Shown piece by piece: positions 24,658 to 37,574 of a stretch of DNA of 64,000 nt. The stretch is from Antedon mediterranea (lineage: Eukaryota; Animalia; Echinodermata): assembly GCF_964355755.1 (NCBI RefSeq), contig NC_092678.1, positions 18,555,365 through 18,619,364 on the forward strand, written 5' to 3'. Every line of letters begins with the position of its first letter. The first letter of the stretch is position 1. The translations under genes were made by a program, and so were the position numbers. The notes beneath the pieces are model-generated. The model was not told where the DNA came from. It ran no database searches and saw only the letters and a program-made list of their open reading frames with translations.

Positions 24658-24858
24658 CAGTAGAACCTCCATTAAACAAAGTTTAAACGTATGTTGTATC
24701 ACAGTACGGCCGATCTCTATTTAGGGGACATCTCCATAAGGGGACACCTTCACGTGAAGCAAACAAAAATATGTTTAATGTAACACTACGGCCAACCATA
24801 CAAAATATATCCATATTGAGGGGAGATTTTTATTGGGTCCCAAATAGGGATTCTACTG
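24658..24858. mobile_element. Tc1/mariner (pogo/Tigger-like) MITE
   Basis: TA-CAGTAGAACC... / ...GATTCTACTG-TA. Confidence 0.7.
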
Positions 24859-27800
24859 TATAAGTAAATAAAGTATATATTTGACGTCAGAAAGGCTTTT
24901 TATCATAATTTTGTTCAATTTGTTTGACGTAATGATTACAAAATATTATCCTATAATATTATATAGTAAGACCCAAGTCGATGGCTATGTTGTAATCAAC
25001 AACAGTTCATCACATGAATTATGTGTAAATAAAAACATGCATACGGTGAATGTGTACATTAGTGAGTTTATTCCTTGGAGAAACGATAAAAGTTCAGCAA
25101 AGAATATTTTCCAATAGGCGAATTTATTTGCGTGAGTCGAAAGCACAAGGTTATGCGCATGCGTATCAATATTTACACTATCAAAATCTATTTCTTTTTT
25201 TTGGCGTCGAATTCTTGTTCTTCGAGTTTTTTGCTTCATTCGAACATTTCGCAACCAATCACAGCTCAGGAAATGAGCTGCCAGGCTGCAGTCATGAGCA
25301 CACACGTGAATCGAACTGCCCACTTAGCAGCAGACACGCGATGTAATAAACCCTATGTATTCGCTCATTTGTAGGCCTAGTGGCCTCTCTGAAAACACTT
25401 GATTCGAGTGACTAAATTCGCCTAGTGGAAAACAAATTAAAAGGTCACCAGCTCAGCCCATTCTGAGGCCTATCAAATGTCAACAGTTATATCATTGTTA
25501 TTAGTACGAATGAAATGTTCAGCGTGACTTGTTCAATTCAGTTTGGAATAATAATGTATTTAAAATGAAAAGTAATGAACCTCGAATGAATAAATTGAAT
25601 TATAAGAAAATCGAATGGTATCGAGTTACATGTTGGTAATATTTGCATAGCATGCGGGAAATTTGATTATGATCACTCAAATGTAAAACATTCCGACTCT
25701 TTGTGTTTTTATTGTTCTTAATTTGGTTAATACTGACCAAAATTATTTACTTAAACAAGCAATAAATTTTCGCTTTTCGAATCCAACAACTGGTTTGACC
25801 TAAGACTAACCTTTGACATTAGTTGAACTAGCTGACATTCATTAATTTATTTTGTGAAAATCAAAAGAAGATGGTGTTATATTTGACATGTATCGCCGCC
25901 ACGTCTATAAAGCTTGGTTCCCACTAGCTACGCACCGTCAGGAAATGCCATTCCAATAGTTGTGTTTGCCCCCGCCTGCGTGAAATAAAACCTGCTTGTT
26001 GCGCGTTCACGTTAGCTGCCGTAGACTTTGAACTGGTTCATCCCCCTCAAGCTTGGTTCCCACTAGAACGTAACGCAAGAACGTAAACGCAACGCAAGCG
26101 TTTTAACCAATGACAAGCGAAGTTATAGACAGTTAGCAATCACAAGCAAATAAGTCATCGCTTGTGATTGGTCAATTCACTTGCGTTGCGTTACGCGCTG
26201 TACTATGTTTTCCAGTGTTCTTTTGCCTATTGCGTTGTTGCGTGATTCCCCGTAGCTATGTTTGCAGCACTGTTGCGTCGTCGGTTCCCACTTGTGATTA
26301 CGCAATGCAGCACGTTGCGTCGATACGTCGCTGCGTTACGTTGCGTTCTAGTGGGAACCACGCTGAAAGAAGTACCACATACCATTTATTACAGTGTTAT
26401 GATAGGCATAAGGCCACATAATGTTACTTTCAAACGCACATTATCGATGTACTATTTTCCTGTAAAAGAAATCCTCTTAAATGTCGAATATAAGCTATTA
26501 TTATTTCACTGACACGATAAATATTAATTCACAATTACCGTAGTTACAAGATTTGATTTTAGCTGGAGTACCCGGTAAGTTTCCTAGACTAAAATTATCA
26601 CTAAATTTGATGGGCTAACCTAACCGGGTAATATATAATAGGCCTACCTAAACCTGAACGTGCCTAAGCTTAATTTTTTTAGCAGACGAGTAGGTTGGGA
26701 GGTAGATAATTTAAGGGACTAGGTATACTGAAAAATCAAAGAGTATTTGATTACATACGCTAACGTATTATATTAATTGTGAACATATTATTGTATTGAA
26801 ACTGTAACTAAAATAAGCAAATAATGATGACAAAAATCGACAGGTGGCGCTACAGTTTGTAGTTGTATTCTGCTAAACGAGCCGCGGCGGCTACAGTGGC
26901 TTTTTAACCAGATTTTGTGAATAATGCTTTGGATTTTATTGTTATTTTTCTACCATACTCTTATAACATGGATTTATTGACTTAACTGTTTTAAGGATTT
27001 ATCATACACTAAGGTAATTTGTCTTCGTTGTGTTTGTTATTAGAATCTATAAGCTAGCCTATGCAAGTCGTTGTTGGCGGGACATTCAACGTAAAACATC
27101 CACACGCCTGGGTTAGGAGGCCTGAGTAGCCCTACAGTAGCCTACCGTATGTAAGCCGACAATTCGAGCGAGTTGTTTGTTTCATTTGTGTTTGTCACCT
27201 AACATCAACTGTTAAATTGTTGACGAATAGACCTTATTTAAATGAAGTATTATTTACACTGTATATGAATACATCTTCTAAGGGCTAGTCTTATGACGTT
27301 TGTATTGTTGCTTCTATAAGGGAATACATGAATGAATAATCAATGACAGATAGAAAAGGAATAGCTATTCAGAATACTGTAGTAGAATAGTCTGATATGA
27401 CTATGCCCAGCCTGATTATAGGACTATAATGTAGACACAGTCTGATAGGTCTAAGCTCAGCTTGGATTGGTTCTATTATGAACTGTATTTCTGAACAGGG
27501 ATATACTAATGACGTAATAGGCCTTCATTATTGCTTTAACGATTGACAATATGGTACAAAAATACACAAGATTTTTTATTTGTAATTTGCCACTATATCC
27601 TGGATTTAAACCCCCTAATGTTGTAAAACCTCTAAGCGCTGTACATAATTGATACATCGGTAATTTTTAGATCAAACACTTATGGAAACAACATACCCCT
27701 AGTAATTATCGCAAAGTTGTGTCTTGGCCTTACCAGGAACACGTACCCTGAGAGAGGCAAACGTAAGTAAAGTGTCTTGGATTCGAACCCATGATCAGTA

Positions 27801-27861
27801 AACCCATCGTCAAACACAGCGCCCCTCATCAGTTTTCTAGTTTTGTTCGAATACAATCTAA

Positions 27862-28025
27862 AGCTCTATCTTCACTATCAAACTAGATTGACAACAAATT
27901 GTGATGTGCCCACAAATGTGGTAGTGATATGCCCAAATATGGTAGGATATGACATACTGTAATCATGTCTATATATGGGCACATCACATTTTGTCACATA
28001 AAGTTTGATAGTTTAAACAGAGCTT
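27862..28025. mobile_element. Harbinger-like MITE family (AGCTCTGTCTACACTATCAAACT TIR), representative copy
   Basis: Inverted ends. Other copies at ~14688-14790, 20567-21408 (split by a LINE) and 30167-30580 (split by another MITE). Confidence 0.75.
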
Positions 28026-29901
28026 TACGGTTTAAAAGCCCTATCAATGCCTGTTGGCTTTTGTTGTTAACTTAATTGTTGTCTAATACAAAGATATATG
28101 CCCGTATGATTGTACTCTTACCTGGCTATGTCATCTAATACTATTGCATTTTGATTTTCTCATCATTAGGAAACTGTAATATATTCTTGCACTGCCACCG
28201 TACTAAAAACACCAAAGGGTTATCATCTTATATGTGTCTAAGTACCTACATCGTAATTGATAGTGACAAACAAACTGTTTTATCTTTAATATCTTTAATT
28301 TATCTTATTACCTAGATCTTGTTTAGTTAAATAATTTTTTAGCCGTCGGTGCATTGGCCTGTTTGTCCTATTATAAAGTGCTACTTATATATGGTATTTA
28401 AAAATAATAAGGCCTACGCATATCAATAAGAGGTTCCCGGTACTTATTAGTATGTTCTTTATAAAATAACAATTCTACCGTACGTGAACTGTCTCATTAA
28501 ATTCTTTCGAGATCTGTGATCTGTTTTTTGAATTATTGTAATTCAGATTTACACATTGGCTATCAAAATAATAATTATGCAAAACGAAAAGAAAATTTAA
28601 GTGTATATCGTAATAATGGAATCTTCATAATAAGAAACGTTGAAATGTTCGTATAGTATCGTATCGCCGCTCTCATTCATGTTAGGAAATTACAAACCCC
28701 ATATATATAGAACAGTGTCCCAGTACATATTGCCGCGGATTTCAATTGTTGAGGTGCACGAATAATAAAGCTTGGTTCCCACTAGAACGTAACGCAAGGA
28801 CGTAAACGCAACACAAGCGTTTTAACCAATGACAAGGGAAGTTATAGACAGTTAGCAATCACAAGCTAATAAGCCATCGCTTGTGATTGGTCAATTCACT
28901 TGCGTTGCGTTACGTCCTTGTGTTGCGTCGCTAGTGGGAACCACGCTTTAGGCTTAAGCGTGGTTCCCACTAGCGACGCAACGTGACGCAAGTTACGCAA
29001 CGTAAGAATATGCCTATCCGATATTTGTGTTTTCCCCGCCTGCGTGAGATGAAACCATCGATGTCCACAGCACTGTTGCGTCATCAGTTCCCACTTGTTA
29101 TTACGCAATACATCACTTTGCGTCGTCAATACGTCGCTCTGCGTTGCACTGCGTCGATAGTGGGAACATGTACTGTACTTTTGATAGCGTCATTCCAATG
29201 AGGTGCTCATGGCGCTGTATGGACCCGCTTTTAAAACTGAATGCTTTTCCGGTAAGCAGTAGTGCTCATTCTAGCGATTTTTCATCTGTCCACAACAGTC
29301 GTTGTATTGTGTGAGCTACACCGGGGTTTCCTTGTACAGTATCCGTCTATAAAGATATACTAAGTCATATGCTTACGAACACAGGACCTACGGTTTATAG
29401 TCCTTCTTATCCGAGAAGATTATCGGACTCTATAGAGCGAGTGAGCCACGAACCATTGCCAATATAGATTGGCGACAGGGCGGTGAAAATAATGGAGCCA
29501 TTCAATAACCGAATATGATAGCTTTCAGTACTTTTTTACCAAAGTGCTGATGTAAAATAAACACATTTTCCATCAACTATTTCCAGTTTAAATGTAAATA
29601 TAGAAAATCGAAATAAAAAAATAACATAATTCGAAGACTCAAATCAAATGAGTTATTATTGAGTAGCAGCGTATAAACACAAATGTATTGATACAAAAAA
29701 ATACACTTAAATGCTGCATGTCTGCTTTGCATGTATTAATCATGTTTATCTCAATATTTCTGATTTTTTAAACATAAAGTTATTCGCTTTCTATCGAAGA
29801 TACGCTGGAAACTAGAATTAATGGCATTGTACTTTGAGCCATCTTTTTCTAAAACTTGGTCCTATTTTATTTACCTATTTTAGATACTGTAGAAAAACCA
29901 A

Positions 29902-32900
29902 TCAAAGTCTTGTGTCTTGTTCCTTTTCGGTCCTGTGAAAACAAATTAATAAGATTGAATTAATATTAAAATTCAAATAACATAACTGAAAAACATTTAA
30001 ATTATAGATAAAATATAACAAGTATAATACATTTGTGTAGGCCTACTTACGCTATTGATAGAAGCTTTTCATTTTTAACATTTGACCTACAATAGATTCA
30101 ACACAAATGATGGAATTTGATAAATTATTACTACCACTATTCTCATTTTAAATCAGCTGTTTTATGCTCTGTCTACACTATCAAACCAGTCAAACAAAAA
30201 GTGTAATATGCTTAAATATGGTAGTATGATTATCATCATATCCATATCGAGTTCTGCGGTGCTGACGTCACGACAGTAGGTGGCGCTGCGTGGTTGCTAG
30301 CCGACCAAAACATGCGTTCAACCTGCCTTAGTGACTCAGGTAGAGTCACCAATGCTTTTGAATAGGCTTATTGAAGTAGTCATTTAAAAAAAATCAAGCT
30401 AAGATACATAATTTGATAGAAATACAGATCTATACAGTTTATCAAAATAGTAGCGTTGAACGCATTTTTTGGTTGACTAGCAACCATGCAGAGCCATCTA
30501 TCGTTGTGACGTCACACCACAGAACTCTATATGTGCACATCACATTTTTACATACAAATGTTGATAGTGTAGACAGAGTTTTACTTACCCAAGTTCTTCC
30601 CCTTCCTTTATAGTTTGAGGGAGATTTAGGCCACTCGTTTCTGGCAAAAGTAGAGCAAGCATACCGGCAACAATCGACAAACTTCCAAATATCAGATATG
30701 GAAGTTGCTCCAAAATGACGCCTAGATAGAGGACCTGAGGTGCGATTACGCCTCCAATGCAGCCGAACATTGAACATAGTCCGACTGCCGTGCTTCTGAT
30801 GAAATTAAATAAAAATAAATTTAAACAATTTGGCATTTAAACAAAATGTAATTCACAGTGTCTGATCTAGAAAGCTTGATATTACTTTAATTCTTGGCGT
30901 GTCATAAATATTTCCTTGAGCTGGAATCTTTGGGCCCGCTGGTGGCGCACGTAAAAAAGAATGTCTAGATCATAATAGTGTAATGAAACCTAAACGGTGT
31001 GCGCTATATTGACGGTATTAATGTATCAAAATATCCAGAAAAGTGTCGACAAAAAGTAATCGGTCACATACAATGTTTGTTCCCACCGGTAATAAAAGAG
31101 GTATCATTAGCTGTGATGACGCCACTAAAATGTTGTAGGGATTTTAGTCGCGTGCGTGCAACGCAATATCTCACTATATCGGTCAGTCTGTAAATACTAA
31201 AGCTTGGTTCCCACTAGAACGTAACGCAAGGACGTAAACGCAACGCAAGCGTTTTAACCAATGACAAGCGAAGTTAAAGACAGTTAGCAATCACAAGCGA
31301 ATAAGCCATCGATTGTGATTGGTCAATTCACTTGCGTTGCGTTACGTCCTTGCGTTGCGTCGCTAGTGGGAACCACGCTTTACTCAAATGTTCTTACGCG
31401 ACTGCAGCCATGTACTGTATTATGGCATTTTTAAATGTACAACATAAGAATTGAGATAACTACCTACAGCATATAAACATAGGAACTCCCAACAGTTTAT
31501 TAGTTTGTTCTATACCCAATACAACCGCGTAGCCATGTTTCTGTTTGTGGTTTTCACATTCCCTACGAATTCTGTAAGTACGACCTTTTTAACATTCTTT
31601 TCGTTTCGACAACAATAATTAATTATAAAATTACGCAATGTTCTTCCTACCTGATAGGTGTCGGGTAAATCTCAGCACAAACAATGTAGATAATTGTGAA
31701 AGAGGCCGTAATCCCAAACTTTCCTATCATTCCAAATGTTACCATCAGAACTTCATTTGCTATCGAAAAATCACAGTAATTATTTTAGTTATACGACGAT
31801 TAATACTAATAGTGAGAGCTGTCGATTGCATTTGTCTTCGCATCCGATTCTCCAATTAAATATGTATTATTGAACGATCATTAAATAATGCGTACTATTG
31901 CATGCCATGTGACCCATAATCGTCCAATCATATGACATGAATTTTTAAGTAAATGCAACTAATCAATACAAGTTTAAATGTATATACAGTAATTAATAAA
32001 TATTTGTTATCATTAATGTAATACTCACGTAAAAAGGAAGTACTGATGCAGGCTACTCCGGCTAAAATCATTGTTGCACACAGTATCAATCTGCGTCCCA
32101 TACGTTCAATTGCGAGCCATGAAAGAATAAGAGCGGGAATTTCGACGAGACCAGACAACGCGTTGGCAATATAATCATTGGATCCCAAGGTTACCGCACT
32201 TAGTGACAATCCATAATAAACCATAGAATTTACAAACCTAAAAATAGATATCAAAGTGTGTAAACTTGTAAAATTAACACACATAGTTATTACTAAAAGG
32301 TGACCTCGCTTCGTTCGCTCACCCTCTAGTGTACACGATGGTACTCGGCTTAGTTTAATAATAGTTGTAGAAGGACGTTCTGGGCGTTCAGTAACTTGTT
32401 TCGGCGTGGTGTGTTACCATTTAAAATGTAATGTATAATGTGTAGCCCAAGTCTTTTTTTGCTCACGTTGGTTACGTTAAACTAATGCATGTGTATTATT
32501 ATTATTATTATTATTATAGGTTGCACCGTAATATGTGACGCTGTATCATATGACCTAACCTTAATCCTAATACTACAGGCGCCATATGCGACACTGTATT
32601 ACATATAATGGACAAATTATGATATACCGTACAGATAATCGATTGGATAATTGTTACCAAATCAAAGTGACGATTATGAATCGCATCCGGAAGTTCCTCT
32701 TACGTAAGAGGTCAAGTCCATTACATGATGGGGTCTTCTCTTTTATCTTTAAAAAAATGAAAACATAAATGATAAGAAAGTAAGAAATAAAAGTAAAGAA
32801 AATATAAAGCAATATTCCAAGCCTTATCTTGGCACGCACATTATTTTCGCAACATAAAAGTAGCGTAAGTGACAGAAGTACTACTGTATAATAATATAGG

Positions 32901-35900
32901 TCCTATTCAATCAATCAATCAATCAATCAATAATTTTTATTTCTCAAATAAAAACAAAATACAGTTAACATTTTCTAAAAATAATAGATAATAAATGAGA
33001 AAAAGGGGTACCCCACTGGAAGCTTAAGCTTTAAAATGTGGGGTCCTGGCAACATATTCTCCATCGATGAAAGAATGTGATTCAGTATACGTCACTTTGC
33101 ATCTAAATAGAGTATAAAACTAATAAACACATTTAAAAGGGTCTTTCACACCGTACCTGTTCCGACACGTTTCCGATCCGGCGCCGGCACATCAAATCGA
33201 ACGTCAATGTTTCGTTTTCAGAACGCTCTACGCGTCTATGCGCCAATCGATACATTATAGCGGTTTCGAAACGCTACGAATACGATAACGAAAAAGGATA
33301 CGTCACGCACACGTATTCGATTTCGTCGTAAGCCATTAAAAATCTGTTTCACATTGCAACGAAATATTGAGGGCGCCGTCCAAAATATGACTGGGGTAAA
33401 TTTGACGCACGTAGGCCAAGCGTAACATTAAAGCGATTGAAGAATGCTATTTATCAAATTTGTCCTGGCAGTTTAGTAAATTACTTTTATTAGTAAATTA
33501 CTTTCAGTAAATCTATAATTATATTACAATCATAATTCGTTTTGTTGATAAGAATATGAATCAGCTCAAAAGTTTCACAAATGTGTGACGTATCCGTTTT
33601 TGTTATCGCATTCGTAAGGTTGCGAAACCTTCTTCATTGACCTTTATTATGGTTTTCTGACGCCGGACCGGAACCGGACCAGAACCGGACCAGAACCGTG
33701 CCGGAAAAAGTGTGAAAGGCTCTTAAAAGAGTATAAAAGCAACACATTCAATACCTCAGTAGATACATCTGTAACATCACGACTGCAAATGGTTTTACAG
33801 ATATCACTGTGCTCTTCAAAACGTTGACTTAATACACAAGCACGTTTTAATATTTTGTTTGCTCTCTTCATTTTGTTTATTGAGTGAAGCCAACGCGGTG
33901 ATTCTGGAACAAGACTATAATAATATTATACATTAATCTTACATTGGTGTTTAAATCTCTCCGATCCTTTAAACGAAGTTACTCAATTTATATTAGGCCT
34001 ACAATCATACTGAATTCAAAGTAAACTTTTGACATAAAAGTATGCCATTTGTTTATCATGTTTTTATATTTTTACAAGATTAGAGTATGACTTACATAAA
34101 TATCAAAGTGCATACAAGTGCGTCTGCAATAGTTATTGCCATTATCAGATACCGCCAGTATGGAATCAAGTAGGCGAACACAGATGTAATCATGTATCCA
34201 ATAGCCCACTGGATGGACAAAAACATTCCCGCTAGACAACGTCTTGATGGACCAACGAACTCGCAACCTGAAATAGAATAAGTTTTTTCTCGAGAAACTA
34301 TTTGTAACAACCACATTTAATTCAATAGTAAACACAAATTACAGTAGTAATGATACGTAGTAGATTGAAAATACCATATTCATCTATTTTGTCGTTATAA
34401 CGTGTAGACACATGTCTTTCATAAAACGAACATTTCTGCAAAAACATAACGAGAGTGATAGCGCAGGCGCAGTGGAAACCAGCTACAGTATCATTATGAT
34501 AAAGACGAAATAAATTGTATGTATCTTTGGAGGAATGTACTGTATGCGGGTGAACTGAAAATATTGATAAATCATGGTACAAACTACAGTTGGGCCACAT
34601 TAGAATCCAACAAGTTAGCCGTAGTATTAAAAATATGTGTTTTACTACTTGCCTATCACATATGTTGAAATGATTGCGCCTTCAAAAAACGCCGCTGATA
34701 TGGTGGTTGCAGCAACGTACATCCAATACCATTGTGATAATAAAGTTACGATGTTGCAACATATGTATGTAGTCATACAGAGCACCAACGTTCGCTTTCG
34801 TCCAAGTCTGAAGAAAGGACAGAATGAGAATCACTCCATATCCGCCGTCATCTACAAATTTGATAGGTCTACCAATACCATAAATATCGAATCCCCACTG
34901 CGTTAATTAATAATATTTATTAATGAAAATAATGTATTTCGTAGTTGTATTATCTTCATCGTCGTTTTCATGGTTTTGTCGTCGTTTTCGTCGTCGTTTT
35001 CATGGCTTCGTCGTCGTTTCGTCTTCGTTTTCGTCATCGTTTTCATGGTTTCGTCGTTGTTTTTGTCGTCGTTTTCATGGTTTCGTCTTCGTTTTCGTCG
35101 TCGTTTTCATCGTCGTTTTCATGGTTTCGTCATCATCCTTTTTGCAGATGTTATACGTAAAATCAAGGATGAAATAAATAACATTCATTATTATAAACCA
35201 TGTACAGTCTGGGTAATGAATGGACCAACCACCACCAACTAATCCAAAATACTGATTTTAGCGACGCAACGTAACGCAATGTAGCGACGTATAGACGCAA
35301 AGTGCTGTAATGCGTAATTATAAGTGGTAACCGACTACGCAACAGTGCTGTAAACATCGCGCAAGTTTGATTTCACGCAGGCGGGTTCAAACACAATTAT
35401 CGGAAGAGCATTTTCTTACGTTTCGTAGATTGCGTCACCAGTGGGAACCACGCTTAATGCAGACCAGAACAATCCTTTTACTTATTCTGTTTGGATAGAA
35501 TATTACATTACGTTACGTTACATTACGCTTTATACTTGTGTATGTACAGATAGTTACTGTACCTGTCACTGATGCATCCAAATATCCCAGATCCAACCAA
35601 TACACCAACGTATTGCAATGAAAGAGCCAACGGTACCAAGTAAGCATCGCCACATACCAGTTCAAACTGAAACAAAGATAAACAATCCATCAGTACTGCA
35701 TTGAAATGTACGATAATGTCATGTAGAATAACCCTTTTTTCGTCGCGTGCAACGCAACTCTACAGCTCACTATGTCGGTCGATTGGTAGTCGGTCGGTCG
35801 GTCGGTAAACACTAACTTAAGCACGCGACTGCAGCCATCTATATGGCCTTGTTATGACCTTCGATTGGATTTTCCGGCGCTGGATCGGAACCGTGCCAGA

Positions 35901-36620
35901 ACAGGTGTGAAAGACCCTTTACACCTGTTCCGACAATCGAACGTCAATGTTTCGTTTTTACGCAGCTACGCGCATATCGATTATCGCATAGCCGCGTGGA
36001 GCGTCGTGAAAACGAAACATTGATGTTCGATTCGCCGGACCGGAACCGTGCCGGAACAGGTGTGAAAGACCATTTAAAGGAGCATTTCAAGACGCTTGGT
36101 GTGTATTACAATATACACTTTTAACCCGGAGCTACCCTTATAATATGTGTTTTTAATAAAGTACAGTACCACAAACCTCCTGTGTGATAGATGTTTTATA
36201 CTGAGTAGTGTCAAACTCGTATCCACCGATGCAAATATACAACGTATCGTTGTTTAAAGTCGTATTTGAATTGAAATCATACTCGGTCAAATCATACCGG
36301 CTGCATTGTGTTTCGTTTAAAACTGTGCTTGGTTTGTCCACTGGATGGTGTCCATGCTTCAATGCTGAACATCCTGCTCTATCTAAGTTCAATTCCAAAC
36401 AACGGTCACCAACATCGTCCATTTGACACCAAAAGTCAGTCTCGGGAAAGAGAAAGACAACGGCTAAAGAATTCCAACCCACAGACGTTATGCATAGACT
36501 AAGTACTAGAAAAGAAAGAAGAAAATACCGATTACAAGATCCGATGTGTTTAAAAATGTCGTCAAAATAAAGAATAGTAAGCCTATCCGTATTGTTGTTT
36601 TCGTCTCCTCCACATTCCAT
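29902..36620 (-). CDS. SLC22-family organic cation/anion transporter (Orct-like, MFS fold), 11 coding exons, 571 aa
   Basis: Exons 36620-36177, 35666-35563 (104 bp), 34807-34653 (155 bp), 34267-34096 (172 bp), 33914-33755, 32746-32658, 32237-32029, 31759-31651, 30795-30589, 30086-30051, 29932-29902; total 1716 nt, in frame. Motifs: FDDIFKHIG, large Cys-containing loop after TM1, EFELVC, SDRLGRK, EFVGPSRR, PESPRWL, YYGLSL, GRR, AEIYPTPIRS, LLLPET; ends DTRL*. Exon sizes 104/155/172 are typical of SLC22. Confidence 0.93.
30249..30528. mobile_element. MITE nested inside another MITE (SLC22 intron 9)
   Basis: Imperfect ~75-bp TIRs GAGTTCTGCGGTGCTGACGTCACGACAGTAGGTGGCGCTGC / GCAGAGCCATCTATCGTTGTGACGTCACACCACAGAACTC. 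Confidence 0.75.
33138..33724. mobile_element. Harbinger-like MITE (related copy ~35870-36075)
   Basis: AAGGGTCTTTCACAC... / ...GTGTGAAAGGCTCTT termini with CCGG-rich subterminal repeats. Confidence 0.6.
34955..35135. repeat. Compound (TCG)n/TTTTCATGG low-complexity repeat in an SLC22 intron
   Basis: Repeated TTTTCGTCGTCG / TTTTCATGGTTTCG. Confidence 0.85.
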
Positions 36621-36664
36621 TTTGGCTCCAGTGTTAGAATCAACTTTTTATTAACTTCGCTAGC

Positions 36665-36670
36665 TTTATA
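36665..36670 (-). promoter_or_regulatory. Candidate TATA box of the SLC22 gene
   Basis: TATAAA on the - strand ~45 bp upstream of the ATG at 36620. Confidence 0.4.
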
Positions 36671-36711
36671 TGCGCAAGAATCGTCATTGTTATGCAGATT
36701 GAGTTTTACAT

Positions 36712-37125
36712 GCAGTTAATATCAAGCGATTCAAATGACTGAGTGGTTAAGTTAAAGAGACCAACAATATTAGCATGTGTTCGAGCCAGATTCATGCAGT
36801 TAATATCAAACGAGACAAAATGACCAAAATGGTTAAGGCAGGGGCGCCGTTTACCGTACCTAAATGGTTACTTTTAGTAAAGAGACCAACAATATCGAAC
36901 ATTTGTTCGAGGCTGATTCGTGCAGTTGATATTAAGCGATTCAAATGGCTGAGTGGTTAAGGCAGGGGCGCTGTTTACCGTACCTAAATGGTTACATTTA
37001 GTAAAGAGACCAATACTATCGGCATGTGTTCGAGGCCGATTCGTGCAGTTAATATCAAACGAGACAAATGACCATAGTTTACCGTACCTAAATGCTTACC
37101 TTTAGTAAAGAGACCAATAATGTCT
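36712..37125 (+). repeat. Tandem array (4 units, ~85-125 bp) of SINE tRNA-like heads
   Basis: Units start at 36712, 36797, 36922 and 37045 and match the head of the 23570 SINE (ggttaaggcaggggcgccgtttaccgtacctaaa...gttcgaggc). Confidence 0.8.
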
Positions 37126-37574
37126 CGCTACTAGTAGTTCTAGTGATGCAACAACTAGGGAAATAACAATTCACAGAGAGTTTTTGTAATGTTGCATGGG
37201 ATGAGTGTTAATACAGTAATGTGAAATAAAGAATGATGTGATATGTCAATATATAATCACAAAATCAGTTGGAGTAAAGTCTTTAAATCTAAAGGCATTT
37301 ATTGTCCATTCTCTAAAATCATCCAGCGCGATCCACTGGATTAATCCCTGACAGATCAGTGGAATGTAGGCCTACCGGGCACTACTACCTCCCAATTTGG
37401 AAAAAATGCCCCCAAGATGACCTTTGTGTAGTTGACTTTAATCTAAATAGCGCCCATAGTTCATGTCATTAATTACAAGAAAGTCAATAAATTCATAATG
37501 TACAAAAAAAGAACCCCCAAAAATTTGGTCGAAATATTGAATAGCACAACTCCTGTATTTTGCCAAATATTTCG

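Noticed and set aside
32747-32902. Hydrophobic ORF extension upstream of SLC22 exon 6
   Set aside because: It is the T-rich intron end; the acceptor at 32747 gives the family-typical loop length.
34923-35242. Three overlapping Ser/Phe/Arg-rich ORFs
   Set aside because: Low-complexity TCG repeat in an SLC22 intron.
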